Notes: generated by a model from the sequence alone, not told the origin. Positions 1 to 8,490 are shown, numbered from the stretch's first letter. The stretch is DNA of 42,869 bases from a virus (IMGVR_UViG_3300010220_000129:1-42869), one strand, 5' to 3'. Numbers and translations are program-made.

Positions 1-3000
1 TCAGGCCGGCACGCTGCAATCGGCAGAGAGGCCAGCGCCATAGAGCGCCGAGAGCTGGGCGACCGAGACGCTGAACCCTCCGGCGGCGCCATCGGCCGAT
101 TGACTGGCCGCGCTGTAGGTCCAGCCCGGTGCGGTGACGGTTTCCTCGCGCACGACGGTTCCGGCGACGCGGATGCGGATCAGATAGGCCTCGGTGTCCT
201 CGGACAGGGGCACCTCGACCCCGTCCCAGCCATCGCCGCCCAACCGGGTCCGGCGGGTCCAGGTCAATACGACATCGCCGCCCGGCGCGGCGCGCACAGC
301 CCGCAGGAAGACCGGCGCATAGGGGCGCAGGCCGGTGCCGCGAAAGGCCTCGGTGCTCTCGACATAGGTTGCGCCGTCATAGGCCAGCGCAGCCGGGCCG
401 ACCCGCCAGCGGCGGGCCACGGTTCGCGCGGCCAGCGGCAGGCCCACCTGCTGCACCGCCGAGTCGAGCAAGACCACGACCGCACCGGCGGCCCAGGCAT
501 CGGGGATCAGCGGTTCGGTCCCCGCCTGCCCGCGCAGGAGGCCGGACAGCCGCCAGACGCCAGGCTCCAGCAGCTCGGCGGTGGTGAACTGAAACAGCTC
601 CCATTCGGCGCCGGTGCCGATTGCGGCAAAGTTCGCGCCATCCAGCAAGGCGTCTGGCGCGACGGATTCCAGGGCCGCCAGCTGCGAAAAGGCGACCTCA
701 ACCCCGGGTCCGCGTTGCAGCAACGACGGCGCGGCGCGAAACAGCGTGGTGCGGGTGATCCCGGCCGTCGCACGCCGGGAAAGCGTGGTGTTCAGCACAA
801 AACTGCCCGAGGTCGCCGGCGCATCATAGACCGCGACGGCCCCCGGCCAGGGTGTGCCGCTGACCGCCAGATGCGGCGCGTGCGCAACCTCGTCCCCGGT
901 GATCAGCGGCAGATCGAGGAAGATCGGCACCACCGGCACCGGCGCCTGATACCGGCGGCTGGCGGGCAGGTCGTCCGATCCTTCGGGGTGGCGAAACAGG
1001 CCGGGTTCGATACGCACGGCCTCGACCTCGCGCGCGCCCGACAGCTCGACACGGTCGATCCGGTAGAGGCGATGGCCGCTGCCCTGCGGCAGGCGCACCA
1101 CGTCCCCCGCCCCGAGATCCGACGACATCGGCAGCGCAAAGCGGGCGGTATCGCGGGCAACGCGCGCCTCGGACAGCCAGCGTTTTACCGCGCCGCGTGC
1201 CTCGCCCCGGGTCAGGGTCATCGGCGGCTCGCTGCTGGCGACCTCGCCGGTGGCCTCGTCGGGGATCACCGCCTCGACGCTGCGGGTCTCGAAGCTGCCT
1301 TCGGCCTCGATATAGCTCAGGCGCAGACGGCCGGCGGTTTCCGGCTGCGAGCCGCGTGTCACCTCCAGATCCCGGTCAGGGCGCGACACCAGAAACCCCG
1401 GATCCAGCGTCACCACATCGCGCCCGTCGCGCATGCGGAACACCAGCGTGCCGGCGCGCTCGACGGCCTCGACGCCATGCGCCAACAGAAGCGGCTGCAG
1501 GGCCGCGCGCCCGGTGGTGGTGGACTCGATGCCATAGCCCCGCACGACCCCCCGCACCCCCGAGACGTCGAAATCGGCGATGCCGGCGGTCTGGCAGATC
1601 TCGGCGATGACCGCCGACAGCGGCTGGTTCGCGGCGCGCCCGGTCAGCCAGTGCCCCCCCAGCCAGTTGTCGCCATCCGACCACAAGTCGGTGCGGGCGG
1701 GGAACCAGGGCCAGGGCCGCGCGTCCCAGGCCCAGGCGTGCGAATGCGCCCAGTCGACCATCGGCCCGCCATAGATGTCGGACACCGGGTTGTTGGCCGG
1801 ATCGGACCAGTGATCGTGCAGCGCCAGCAGGTATTGCATCTGCATCAGGTCATCGCGCCGCCCGGTCGAGAAATGCGGCAGCATCGACTCCGACGATTTC
1901 GGGTCGAGGAACACGTTGGGCTGGTTCGCGCCCTTGTCGATCGCCGCGCAGCCGTATTCGGTGAACCAGATCGGCTTTGACCGGGGCTGCCAATCGGTCG
2001 GATCCTCGAGCGGGACACCGTTGATGCGGTCGGTATGCGGGTTCTCCCACCAGGCGCGCAGATCCTTGACCCGCCAGATCCAGGGTTGGTGCAGCCCGTC
2101 GGTGATCGGCGTGCGGCGCTGGTCGCGGCGCGCCTGGGCGTCGGGGTAATACCAGTCGAACCCCTCGCCGCCAGCGATGTTGGCCTGCAGATAGGCCCGA
2201 TCATGGATCGAACGCCAGCCGGCGGCATAGTCGAGATGCGCCTCGCCCTCGCGCCAATCAGCGACCGGCATGTAATTGTCGATGCCGATCATGTTCAGAT
2301 CGGGGTCCGACCAGAGCGCGTCGAGGTGGAAATACCGCGTGCCCTCGCCCGCGTCATAGCCGGCGTATTCGCTCCAGTCGGCAGCATACGTCAGCTTGAC
2401 CGAGGGGCCCAGGATCGCGCGCACGTCATGCAGCAGCGCGATCATCTGCCCGACCGCCGGAAAGCTGTCGCCGTCACCACGGATCTGCGTCAGGCTGCGC
2501 ATTTCGGAACCGATGCAGAACGCATGCACCCCACCCGCCGCCGCACAGAGCGCGGCGTAATGCAGGATGAAGCGGCGATAGGTCCATTCATCCGGGCCGG
2601 AATAGGTGACCGAACCGGGCGCGACGGCAAAATCGCCCGGCTGGACGGTGCCGAAAAAGGCTGCGACCTCGGCCTCGGCGGCGAGTGTGCGGTCGGGGCT
2701 GCCGGGCTGCCCCGGGGCTGCCGACAGGGTGATGCGCCCGCGCCAGGGCAGCGCCGGCTGATCCGCCGCGCCGCTCCAGGGGTCGGGCAGGCCATTGCCG
2801 GGCAACTGGTCCATCAACAGGAAGGGATAGAACACCACGTCCTGCCCGGCGTCCTTGAGCGCGGCAATTGCCTGGAGCACCGCGGCATCGGCGGGCGTGC
2901 CCCCATAGATCGGCGCCTCGTCGACCTGCGGCACCGTGGCCGCCGCCGTCCGCGAAAGGCCAGCAACCCGCCAGGGCATCGCCTTGCCGTCGCGTTCGGT

Positions 3001-3945
3001 GAATTCGACCTTGGGCTGGATCCGGCACGCGCCACAGCGCAGGTCGCCGCCGAACCAGGACGCAATCAGAAGCCCCGAGCGCGCATTCGGCAGCTCGGCT
3101 TGCAGAGCCTGCAGTGCAGTGGGAAAATCGGCCTCGCCGCTGGGGGTGTTCTGGTTCACCTGCGTCGACGGCCCGCGCTGCACCTCGATCGAAAGATCCG
3201 GCAGGAACGGCACCTCCTCGGTGCTGCGAACCAGCACCGGGTCGGCCGCCAGCGCGTATTCCCCGGACCCGGGCAGCCAGGCCACGCCCTGCACCGCCTG
3301 CTGCAACGTGGTTTCCCCCTCGGCCTGCGCAGCGCGGATCACCTCGAAGGAGAAGCTGGGCATGCGGTTGCCATAGGGTCCGAGGTCAAGATCCTCGATC
3401 ACCACATAGGCGATGCCGCGATAGGCCGGTGCCAATCCTTCCCCCTCGACCGCCTCGATCTTGGGATCGGCCATCTGGTCCTGGCGGCCGGTATAGACCC
3501 GCAGGTTCAAGTCCTTGCGCGCGATCTCGTCGCCATAGGCCCAGACCCGGCCGAGGCCGCTGATTTCACCCTCGCAAAGCGCGATAGCGACCGAGACGAC
3601 ATAGCGCGATTCCTCCTGAACCTTGGGGCCGAGGCCGCCCTTGGTCCGTTTCGAGCGGCCCGGGATCTCGTGGAAATCCGAAGCCCAGATAACATGGCCG
3701 GCGACCCGCATTCGGCCCCAGAGGCGCGGCACCGGCACGCCCTCGCCCGCGCCGGTGACCTGCAGGCGGTCGATGCGGCCGGTTTCCACCGCACCGGATC
3801 CTGCGCCCAGCAGCCGCTGGTCGATCAGCCGGCCGACGGTCGCGCCAACCGCGCGGCCGATCACCATGCCCGACAGCCCGAGCACCGCGCCGCCGAAATT
3901 CGCGCCAAGCGCCGCACCGGCGGCAGACAGAAGCAAGGTAGCCAT
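1..3945 (-). CDS. GTA baseplate multidomain 'megatron' / host-specificity protein (RcGTA g15-like)
   Basis: 1314 aa. N-terminus MATLLLSAAGAALG...GRAVGATVGRLIDQ, AYRGIAYVVIEDLDLGPYGNRMP, TIM-barrel segment YAADWSEY / GIDNYMPVADWR / KPIWFTEYGC, and WTRRTR near the C-terminus all match the RcGTA g15 family. Lies next to a g14-like remnant. Confidence 0.93.
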   Translation of the reverse strand: MATLLLSAAGAALGANFGGAVLGLSGMVIGRAVGATVGRLIDQRLLGAGSGAVETGRIDRLQVTGAGEGVPVPRLWGRMRVAGHVIWASDFHEIPGRSKRTKGGLGPKVQEESRYVVSVAIALCEGEISGLGRVWAYGDEIARKDLNLRVYTGRQDQMADPKIEAVEGEGLAPAYRGIAYVVIEDLDLGPYGNRMPSFSFEVIRAAQAEGETTLQQAVQGVAWLPGSGEYALAADPVLVRSTEEVPFLPDLSIEVQRGPSTQVNQNTPSGEADFPTALQALQAELPNARSGLLIASWFGGDLRCGACRIQPKVEFTERDGKAMPWRVAGLSRTAAATVPQVDEAPIYGGTPADAAVLQAIAALKDAGQDVVFYPFLLMDQLPGNGLPDPWSGAADQPALPWRGRITLSAAPGQPGSPDRTLAAEAEVAAFFGTVQPGDFAVAPGSVTYSGPDEWTYRRFILHYAALCAAAGGVHAFCIGSEMRSLTQIRGDGDSFPAVGQMIALLHDVRAILGPSVKLTYAADWSEYAGYDAGEGTRYFHLDALWSDPDLNMIGIDNYMPVADWREGEAHLDYAAGWRSIHDRAYLQANIAGGEGFDWYYPDAQARRDQRRTPITDGLHQPWIWRVKDLRAWWENPHTDRINGVPLEDPTDWQPRSKPIWFTEYGCAAIDKGANQPNVFLDPKSSESMLPHFSTGRRDDLMQMQYLLALHDHWSDPANNPVSDIYGGPMVDWAHSHAWAWDARPWPWFPARTDLWSDGDNWLGGHWLTGRAANQPLSAVIAEICQTAGIADFDVSGVRGVVRGYGIESTTTGRAALQPLLLAHGVEAVERAGTLVFRMRDGRDVVTLDPGFLVSRPDRDLEVTRGSQPETAGRLRLSYIEAEGSFETRSVEAVIPDEATGEVASSEPPMTLTRGEARGAVKRWLSEARVARDTARFALPMSSDLGAGDVVRLPQGSGHRLYRIDRVELSGAREVEAVRIEPGLFRHPEGSDDLPASRRYQAPVPVVPIFLDLPLITGDEVAHAPHLAVSGTPWPGAVAVYDAPATSGSFVLNTTLSRRATAGITRTTLFRAAPSLLQRGPGVEVAFSQLAALESVAPDALLDGANFAAIGTGAEWELFQFTTAELLEPGVWRLSGLLRGQAGTEPLIPDAWAAGAVVVLLDSAVQQVGLPLAARTVARRWRVGPAALAYDGATYVESTEAFRGTGLRPYAPVFLRAVRAAPGGDVVLTWTRRTRLGGDGWDGVEVPLSEDTEAYLIRIRVAGTVVREETVTAPGWTYSAASQSADGAAGGFSVSVAQLSALYGAGLSADCSVPA

Positions 3946-3963
3946 CGGATTGGTCCTTCGTGA

Positions 3964-4197
3964 TCAGATCAGGTCAAAGCGCGCGACGATCCGGCGCGCC
4001 CAGGGTGGGCTGAGGGGGCTTTCGACCACCCCATGCCCGCTGTAGGCATGAACGAAGCGCGGCGCGGGGCCGGGATCGGTCAGGATGCCAAGGTGCTTGG
4101 CGGTGCTGCCCGCGCGCATGCGGAACAACAGAACCTGACCGGGCAGCAGCGCAGGACCGGCGGGGGACATCACCCCCGCCAGCGCGTGCCACAGCGT
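3964..4197 (-). pseudogene. C-terminal remnant of GTA NlpC/P60 peptidase (RcGTA g14-like), truncated by prophage insertion
   Basis: TLWHAL...PGQVLLFRMRAGSTAKHLGIL...PRFVHAYSGHGVVESPLSPPWARRIVARF is the C-terminal half of g14. The N-terminal GTPY/DCLGL catalytic-Cys half is absent, and upstream of ~4197 the sequence changes to unrelated lower-GC DNA. Confidence 0.88.
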
Positions 4198-4206
4198 ATA
4201 GCGCGC

Positions 4207-4243
4207 CACAAGGTTTGAGCAATTCAGACACAAGGATTGCGCA
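4207..4243. repeat. Tandem 22-nt-period direct repeat, candidate transposase-binding sites (R1/R2-like) at the prophage right end
   Basis: CACAAGGTTTGAGCA (4207-4221) and CACAAGGATTGCGCA (4229-4243): 13/15 identical, 22 nt apart, about 10 nt inside the junction with the g14 remnant. Confidence 0.65.
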
Positions 4244-4315
4244 GCGCCGAGCGGGCCGATTCGAGGGCATTTAAACGCCCTCTTTGCGCCCGATAAATGC
4301 GACCGCAAATACCCC

Positions 4316-5392
4316 TCATGCGGCACCCTTTTCGCCCCCGAGGGGCGGCGGGATGAAGACCACGTCTCCCAGCACCCGGGTGCGCAGGCGGTAGGTGTTG
4401 GCGTGGCCGGCATGCCCCACCCAGCTCATGATCACTTGATGGACCTGATCCCAAGTCATCTTGCCTTCATGGTAGAGCCGAGCCATACGCTTCATCTTCC
4501 GGCGCATGCGGCCCGCGCTGTCCTTACGGATCTTCCGATGGGTCGGCCAGATCCGATACCCGAGGAAGTCGAGCGCCCGGCCATTGGTCAGCGAGACCGG
4601 GAAGATTTGGGTCTTGTGATTGCAGCGCAGGCCGAGGCGGGCATGCAGGAAGTCCTCGATATCGCGGCGGACACGGTGCAGGTGAGCCTTGTCGTGGCCG
4701 ATGACGGCGAAGTCATCCATGTAGCGCAGATAGCACTTCTCGCGCAGCTCGAACTTCACGAACTCATCCAGCTCGTGCAGGTAGATGTTGGCGAAGAGCT
4801 GCGAGGTCAGGTTTCCGATCGGGATGCCTCGGGGCATCGGATCGCCCGCCTCGGCGGTGCTGTCGATGATGTTGTCGATCAGCCAGAGGGTATCGGCGCA
4901 GGCGACACGGCGGCGGATCAGGCGCTTGAGCGCATCATGACAGATCGAGGGGAAGTACTTCGAGATATCGGCCTTCAGCACATGGATCACCTCATGCTCG
5001 CGCAGGGTGGCGCGAAGGAAGGCCTGGGCGCGATCAGCGCCGGCATGGGTGCCCTTTCCGGGGCGGCAGGCATAGGTGTCGAAGATGAACCGGCTGGCCC
5101 AGATCGGGTCGAGCACTGAGACCAGGGCATGCTGGACGATCCGGTCCTTGAGCGGCAGTGCTGCGATGTCGCGCTCCTTCGGCTCGAACACCTTGAAATT
5201 CCGGTACGGGCCGGTCTGGTAGGTCTTCCAAAGGAGGCTGTTCTGGATGTCGATCAGGTTGGTTTCGAGCTCGGTCTCGAAGCGGATCACGTCCATCTGG
5301 TGGCGGCGGCCCTTGATGACGCGCTTCCAGGCGGCGCGCAGGGCTTCAAAGGTCACAAACTGCTCGAACAGGTTCTTATAGGTTTTCGCCAT
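4316..5392 (-). CDS. DGR reverse transcriptase
   Basis: 358 aa with RT motifs KDRIVQHAL, KADISKYFPSI, GIPIGNLTSQLFANIYL (DGR-type IGxxxSQ), RYMDDF and DFLGY. No maturase or endonuclease domain. Adjacent to TR and avd. Confidence 0.96.
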   Translation of the reverse strand: MAKTYKNLFEQFVTFEALRAAWKRVIKGRRHQMDVIRFETELETNLIDIQNSLLWKTYQTGPYRNFKVFEPKERDIAALPLKDRIVQHALVSVLDPIWASRFIFDTYACRPGKGTHAGADRAQAFLRATLREHEVIHVLKADISKYFPSICHDALKRLIRRRVACADTLWLIDNIIDSTAEAGDPMPRGIPIGNLTSQLFANIYLHELDEFVKFELREKCYLRYMDDFAVIGHDKAHLHRVRRDIEDFLHARLGLRCNHKTQIFPVSLTNGRALDFLGYRIWPTHRKIRKDSAGRMRRKMKRMARLYHEGKMTWDQVHQVIMSWVGHAGHANTYRLRTRVLGDVVFIPPPLGGEKGAA

Positions 5393-5562
5393 ATTGGGTC
5401 TTTACTAAGGGTCGGCCGGAGCGAGGGGTCGCCGCCCGAGGGCGGATACTGTCCCACCCCGGCCTGTTTACATATTTCGGCACTTGGCCGGGGAGCACGG
5501 GTCCTTTCGAAGGCGCACTGGAAGAGGCCCCTTGAGGCCTCGACTTCTGGCTATTCTCCGAG
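5393..5562 (-). ncRNA. TR-RT spacer, probable structured 3' part of the DGR template RNA
   Basis: 170-nt non-coding gap between TR and RT with short inverted repeats (GAGGCC-N6-GGCCTC 5524-5541; CCGCC-N4-GGCGG 5432-5445). Same position as the BPP-1 spacer needed for cDNA priming. Function is inferred. Confidence 0.55.
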
Positions 5563-5679
5563 AGCGGGCCGGAAGCCGATGTTGCTGTTCGCGTTCGAAC
5601 GTGCGTTGTTCAGGTTGAGGGCGAAGACGCCGGCATTCGAGCCATTGTTCCAGTTGCCCCCGCGGATCGGCAGACGCTC
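5563..5679 (-). repeat. DGR template repeat (TR)
   Basis: 117-nt non-coding copy of the target 3' ends. Conceptual translation ERLPIRGGNWNNGSNAGVFALNLNNARSNANSNIGFRPA, with 25 adenines and 10 AAY codons. Starts inside the avd stop codon. Confidence 0.97.
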
Positions 5680-6034
5680 AAGCCACATTACCCGCGCCCC
5701 TTTCCTGCATACTCTTGAACCAGCCGCCGATCATGCGGCCGATCTCATCAAGATGACGGCTCCAGACTTCGTAGCTTTTAAAGGAGAGGTATCCGAGCTT
5801 CTGGGCCATCCTGACCTGGCTGCGCAGCAAGTCGAGCTCCGCATCGAGGTCCTGCATCGTGGTCTTCTTGTAGTACCGCTTGTTGCAGATGATGATCAGT
5901 CGAAGGAGCGCCCACATGCTGTTGCGGATTTCCTGGCTGAGCACATGGCGCTCAGCCTTCGGAAATTGACGCAACACGACATAGCCGTACGAGATCATGT
6001 CCTCGCACTTACGGCGGATCTTGAGATCTTCCAC
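5678..6034 (-). CDS. avd: DGR accessory variability determinant (four-helix-bundle Avd)
   Basis: GTG start at 6034 after AAGGAGG. 118 aa, (M)EDLKIRRK...QFPKAERHVLSQEIRN...LDAELDLLRSQVRMA...LDEIGRMIGGW. Lies between target and TR. Confidence 0.93.
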   Translation of the reverse strand: MEDLKIRRKCEDMISYGYVVLRQFPKAERHVLSQEIRNSMWALLRLIIICNKRYYKKTTMQDLDAELDLLRSQVRMAQKLGYLSFKSYEVWSRHLDEIGRMIGGWFKSMQERGAGNVA

Positions 6035-6063
6035 CGCAACCTCCTTCAATGGATCAAGAGCAA

Positions 6064-6085
6064 GGGGCGGGCTATCGCCCGCCCC
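6064..6085 (-). promoter_or_regulatory. DGR target-recognition hairpin/cruciform downstream of VR1
   Basis: GGGGCGGGC-GATA-GCCCGCCCC on the coding strand: perfect 9-bp GC stem with a GRNA loop, 23 nt after the target stop codon. Confidence 0.85.
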
Positions 6086-6108
6086 AGCAGAACTCAGGTG
6101 ATCAGATT

Positions 6109-7188
6109 TCAGATCACGAAAGCGGGCCGGAAGCCGATGCTGCTGCTCGCGTTCGAACGTGCGCTGTGCAGGTGGAGGGCGAAGACGCCGGCATACGAGC
6201 CATTGTGCCAGTGGCCCCCGCGGATCGGCAGACGCTCCCCCTGGTTGCGCATGGAGAAGTGCCCGCGCTCCATCGAGGTCGAATGCGGGAAGAGGCCCAG
6301 AAGCTTCAGAAGGTTCGGCACGGTCACGCCCGAGGCGGCCGTCAGGTCCTTGTATTGCTGAGAGGCCGAAGTCGTGCCGTCCGACTGGCTGGTGACCGCG
6401 ACATCGAGCTGCGGCGAGCCCGTGCCGGTGGCCGAGAGGGCGTTCCACTTCAGGGTGCCGGCCGTGCCCGGCGCCACCAGCGTCCCGTTCGGCATGATGG
6501 CGCGCCAGAGCGTGCTGGCGACACCGTGGTCCGCCTCGGTCACGGCGGCATTGTTGTCGGGGATGATCTGGATCTCGCCATCCACCAGGCGCAGGCCGCG
6601 CTGCCATTCCCAAACGTTGCCGGTCAGGTCCGCAATACCCGCCGGGCTGTTGTCGTGGAACCAGCTCATCGGACCCGAGCCGGTCAGCGTGCGCGCCGAG
6701 CCCTCGGTATTGCCGGGGGCGCTACCATCCTGGCGGCGGCCAGTTTCATAGGTCTGCGCATAATCGCGGCCGTAATTGGTGTTCCCGCGCGGCATGAAGC
6801 CATTCTTCCAGCACCACAGGGCCACAGCGGACCATTCCGCATTGGTCATCAGGTGCCAGCCCGGGCCCTTCGACACACACCGCGCTTCGGCCGTGTCGAA
6901 GCTCACGCCGGTGGTCGGGTCCTGACCCGGCATCGACAGAGCATTGCTGTCGTGAACGCGCGCCTGGTACTTGCCGACGAAGATCTCGGACTTCTGCACG
7001 CCGGACACGGTAAAGGCCGGATGGGTGCCCGAACCCAGGGCCGGATCGATGTCCTCGATATTGAAGCGCGGCACGATGCACATGACGGACGGATAGCCCT
7101 TGGCATCATAGAGCACGGTGTTGACGCCGCCCGAGGCGGCCTCGACGGATTGGCGCAGGGCGTCAGGCGTGGAAATGGTGATCCCCAT
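6109..7188 (-). CDS. DGR target 1: Mtd-like / FGE-sulfatase C-type-lectin-fold protein, probable receptor-binding protein
   Basis: ATG at 7188 after GAGGAG. Motifs VGKYQA, GWHLMTNAEW, GIADLTGNVWEW, RGGxW...GFRPA. C-terminal VR. Last gene of the tail module. Confidence 0.9.
   Translation of the reverse strand: MGITISTPDALRQSVEAASGGVNTVLYDAKGYPSVMCIVPRFNIEDIDPALGSGTHPAFTVSGVQKSEIFVGKYQARVHDSNALSMPGQDPTTGVSFDTAEARCVSKGPGWHLMTNAEWSAVALWCWKNGFMPRGNTNYGRDYAQTYETGRRQDGSAPGNTEGSARTLTGSGPMSWFHDNSPAGIADLTGNVWEWQRGLRLVDGEIQIIPDNNAAVTEADHGVASTLWRAIMPNGTLVAPGTAGTLKWNALSATGTGSPQLDVAVTSQSDGTTSASQQYKDLTAASGVTVPNLLKLLGLFPHSTSMERGHFSMRNQGERLPIRGGHWHNGSYAGVFALHLHSARSNASSSIGFRPAFVI
6121..6237 (-). repeat. DGR variable repeat VR1
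   Basis: 117 nt aligned to TR without gaps. 8 mismatches, all at TR adenines (AAC>CAC x4, AAT>TAT, AAC>AGC x3). Confidence 0.97.
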
Positions 7189-7193
7189 GAAGG

Positions 7194-7547
7194 TCACTCC
7201 TCAGTGTTGCTGGTTTCGATCGCCTCGGGCACGGCCCAAAGCTGTACGGTCACGGCCGAGACCTGGACAGGTTCCGGCGTCGTCTGGATCTGCGTCACCT
7301 CCTCACCCTCGACGGTCTCGGTGACTTCGGTCTCGGTGTAGCGGCGCGGCGGGATGATGATCACCGCGGCATAGGCCTCGCCCGCGAAGGAAAGGCCGCC
7401 CGAGACATCGGCAAAGACGGTGATGACCCGCTCTACATCACGCTGCTCAGCCTCGATGTCGATGGCGAGCGCACCGCCCAGCGTCAGGATGGCGCCAGCG
7501 AGCGCGACGGTGACCTTCCGGCCCTCATTCATGGGGATGATGTTCAT
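7194..7547 (-). CDS. Small tail-associated protein (hypothetical)
   Basis: ATG at 7547 after GAGG (MNIIPMNEGRK...), 117 aa, beta-rich. Lies between the tail fibre-like gene and DGR target 1. Confidence 0.65.
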   Translation of the reverse strand: MNIIPMNEGRKVTVALAGAILTLGGALAIDIEAEQRDVERVITVFADVSGGLSFAGEAYAAVIIIPPRRYTETEVTETVEGEEVTQIQTTPEPVQVSAVTVQLWAVPEAIETSNTEE

Positions 7548-7557
7548 GTCTGCGACC

Positions 7558-8475
7558 TCACTGGTAGCGGGGGTTGAGAAGGGTCCAGCGGATGCGGACG
7601 TTGTCGGCGCTGCCCGTCTGGCGGATCTTGAAGCCGTTCTTGGCCTTGTCGTAGACGACGAGCGAGCCCACGGCGGCGGGATCGGTGGCCGCCTCGACTT
7701 CAAGCTCGACGCCGTAATCGGCAGCCGGCAGGCCCTCGGGAAAGGCCACGGTGGTGAAGGGATCGAAGGTCGAGACCCAGGCATTGGCCGCCTGGATCAC
7801 GCGCAGATCGGTCAGGGTGACCGCCGCCAGGCTGTTGCCGGTGTTGTTGGCGGGGATGGTGACGCGGTAGAGCGGCAGGCCATCATCGGGCACGGTCAGG
7901 GCGATCTGGACCCCATAGGTGTTGCCGGATTTCACGAGGAAGGCGTAGTACTCGCGGGTCTCGTTGCTCTCGTTGGAGGGGACCGAGACGTGATAATCGT
8001 CATCCGAGCGCGAGACGATCATCCCGTCGATCTTGGCGCGCGACACGCCGGTGCCGACCGTGCCGGATTGCGACAGGTGCAGGGCGCGGATCTCGGACTT
8101 GGTCAGTTGCATGCCGGTGATGACGTGCTTGTTCTTGATCACCACCGTGCCTTGGGCGAGGACGCGCTTGCGCAGGACGCGCATCTCGCGCGCCAGCACG
8201 CCGCCGAGGCCGAGGGCCTCCTGCATGCCCGCCAGGATCGAGACCTGCTGTTCGGGCGAGAAGGCGTCATAGCCCGCAAGGCGATCGGCAAGGGTCGGAA
8301 AGCCGCCGCGGGCCTCGACCATCTCATCGGCCTTCTGCTTGAGCCAGGCGGTTCGGCTGGCCAGCTGCTTGGCCTGGACGTTCGAGATCCCGTCCTCGCC
8401 GCCCACCACCGGATCGGTGAGCTCGATGCGGTAGATGCCGGCGGAATAGGAGATCGTTTCGGTGAGGTTCGCCAT
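7558..8475 (-). CDS. Short tail fibre / baseplate-anchoring fibre protein
   Basis: N-terminus MANLTE...GIYRIELTDPVVGGEDGISNVQAKQLASRTAWLK resembles common myophage tail-fibre N-termini. AGGAG RBS. Confidence 0.7.
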   Translation of the reverse strand: MANLTETISYSAGIYRIELTDPVVGGEDGISNVQAKQLASRTAWLKQKADEMVEARGGFPTLADRLAGYDAFSPEQQVSILAGMQEALGLGGVLAREMRVLRKRVLAQGTVVIKNKHVITGMQLTKSEIRALHLSQSGTVGTGVSRAKIDGMIVSRSDDDYHVSVPSNESNETREYYAFLVKSGNTYGVQIALTVPDDGLPLYRVTIPANNTGNSLAAVTLTDLRVIQAANAWVSTFDPFTTVAFPEGLPAADYGVELEVEAATDPAAVGSLVVYDKAKNGFKIRQTGSADNVRIRWTLLNPRYQ

Positions 8476-8490
8476 CGAGGGCTCCTGTGC

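Noticed and set aside
1-3945. g15-like gene as the prophage's own tail/host-specificity gene or a third DGR target
   Set aside because: It lies outside the phage end, belongs with the g14 remnant to a GTA cluster, and its 3' end has no TR similarity.
3964-4413. 149-aa ORF as an intact NlpC/P60 gene
   Set aside because: The N-terminal ~70 aa derive from phage-end and RT DNA and lack the catalytic Cys motif; the near-normal length is coincidental.
4316-5392. RT as group II intron, retron or Abi RT
   Set aside because: It has the IGxxxSQ motif, lacks maturase/endonuclease domains, and is flanked by avd and an adenine-specific TR/VR pair.
5441-5456. GGATACTGTCC as a fourth (Pmom-like) late-promoter motif before RT
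   Set aside because: It is one base short in the dyad centre and lacks the CCGG arm and GTNNGA extension of the three good sites.
5678-6613. 311-aa ORF as an extended Avd fusion
   Set aside because: The upstream part is an off-frame overlap of target 1; a strong AAGGAGG precedes GTG 6034 and gives a normal-sized Avd.
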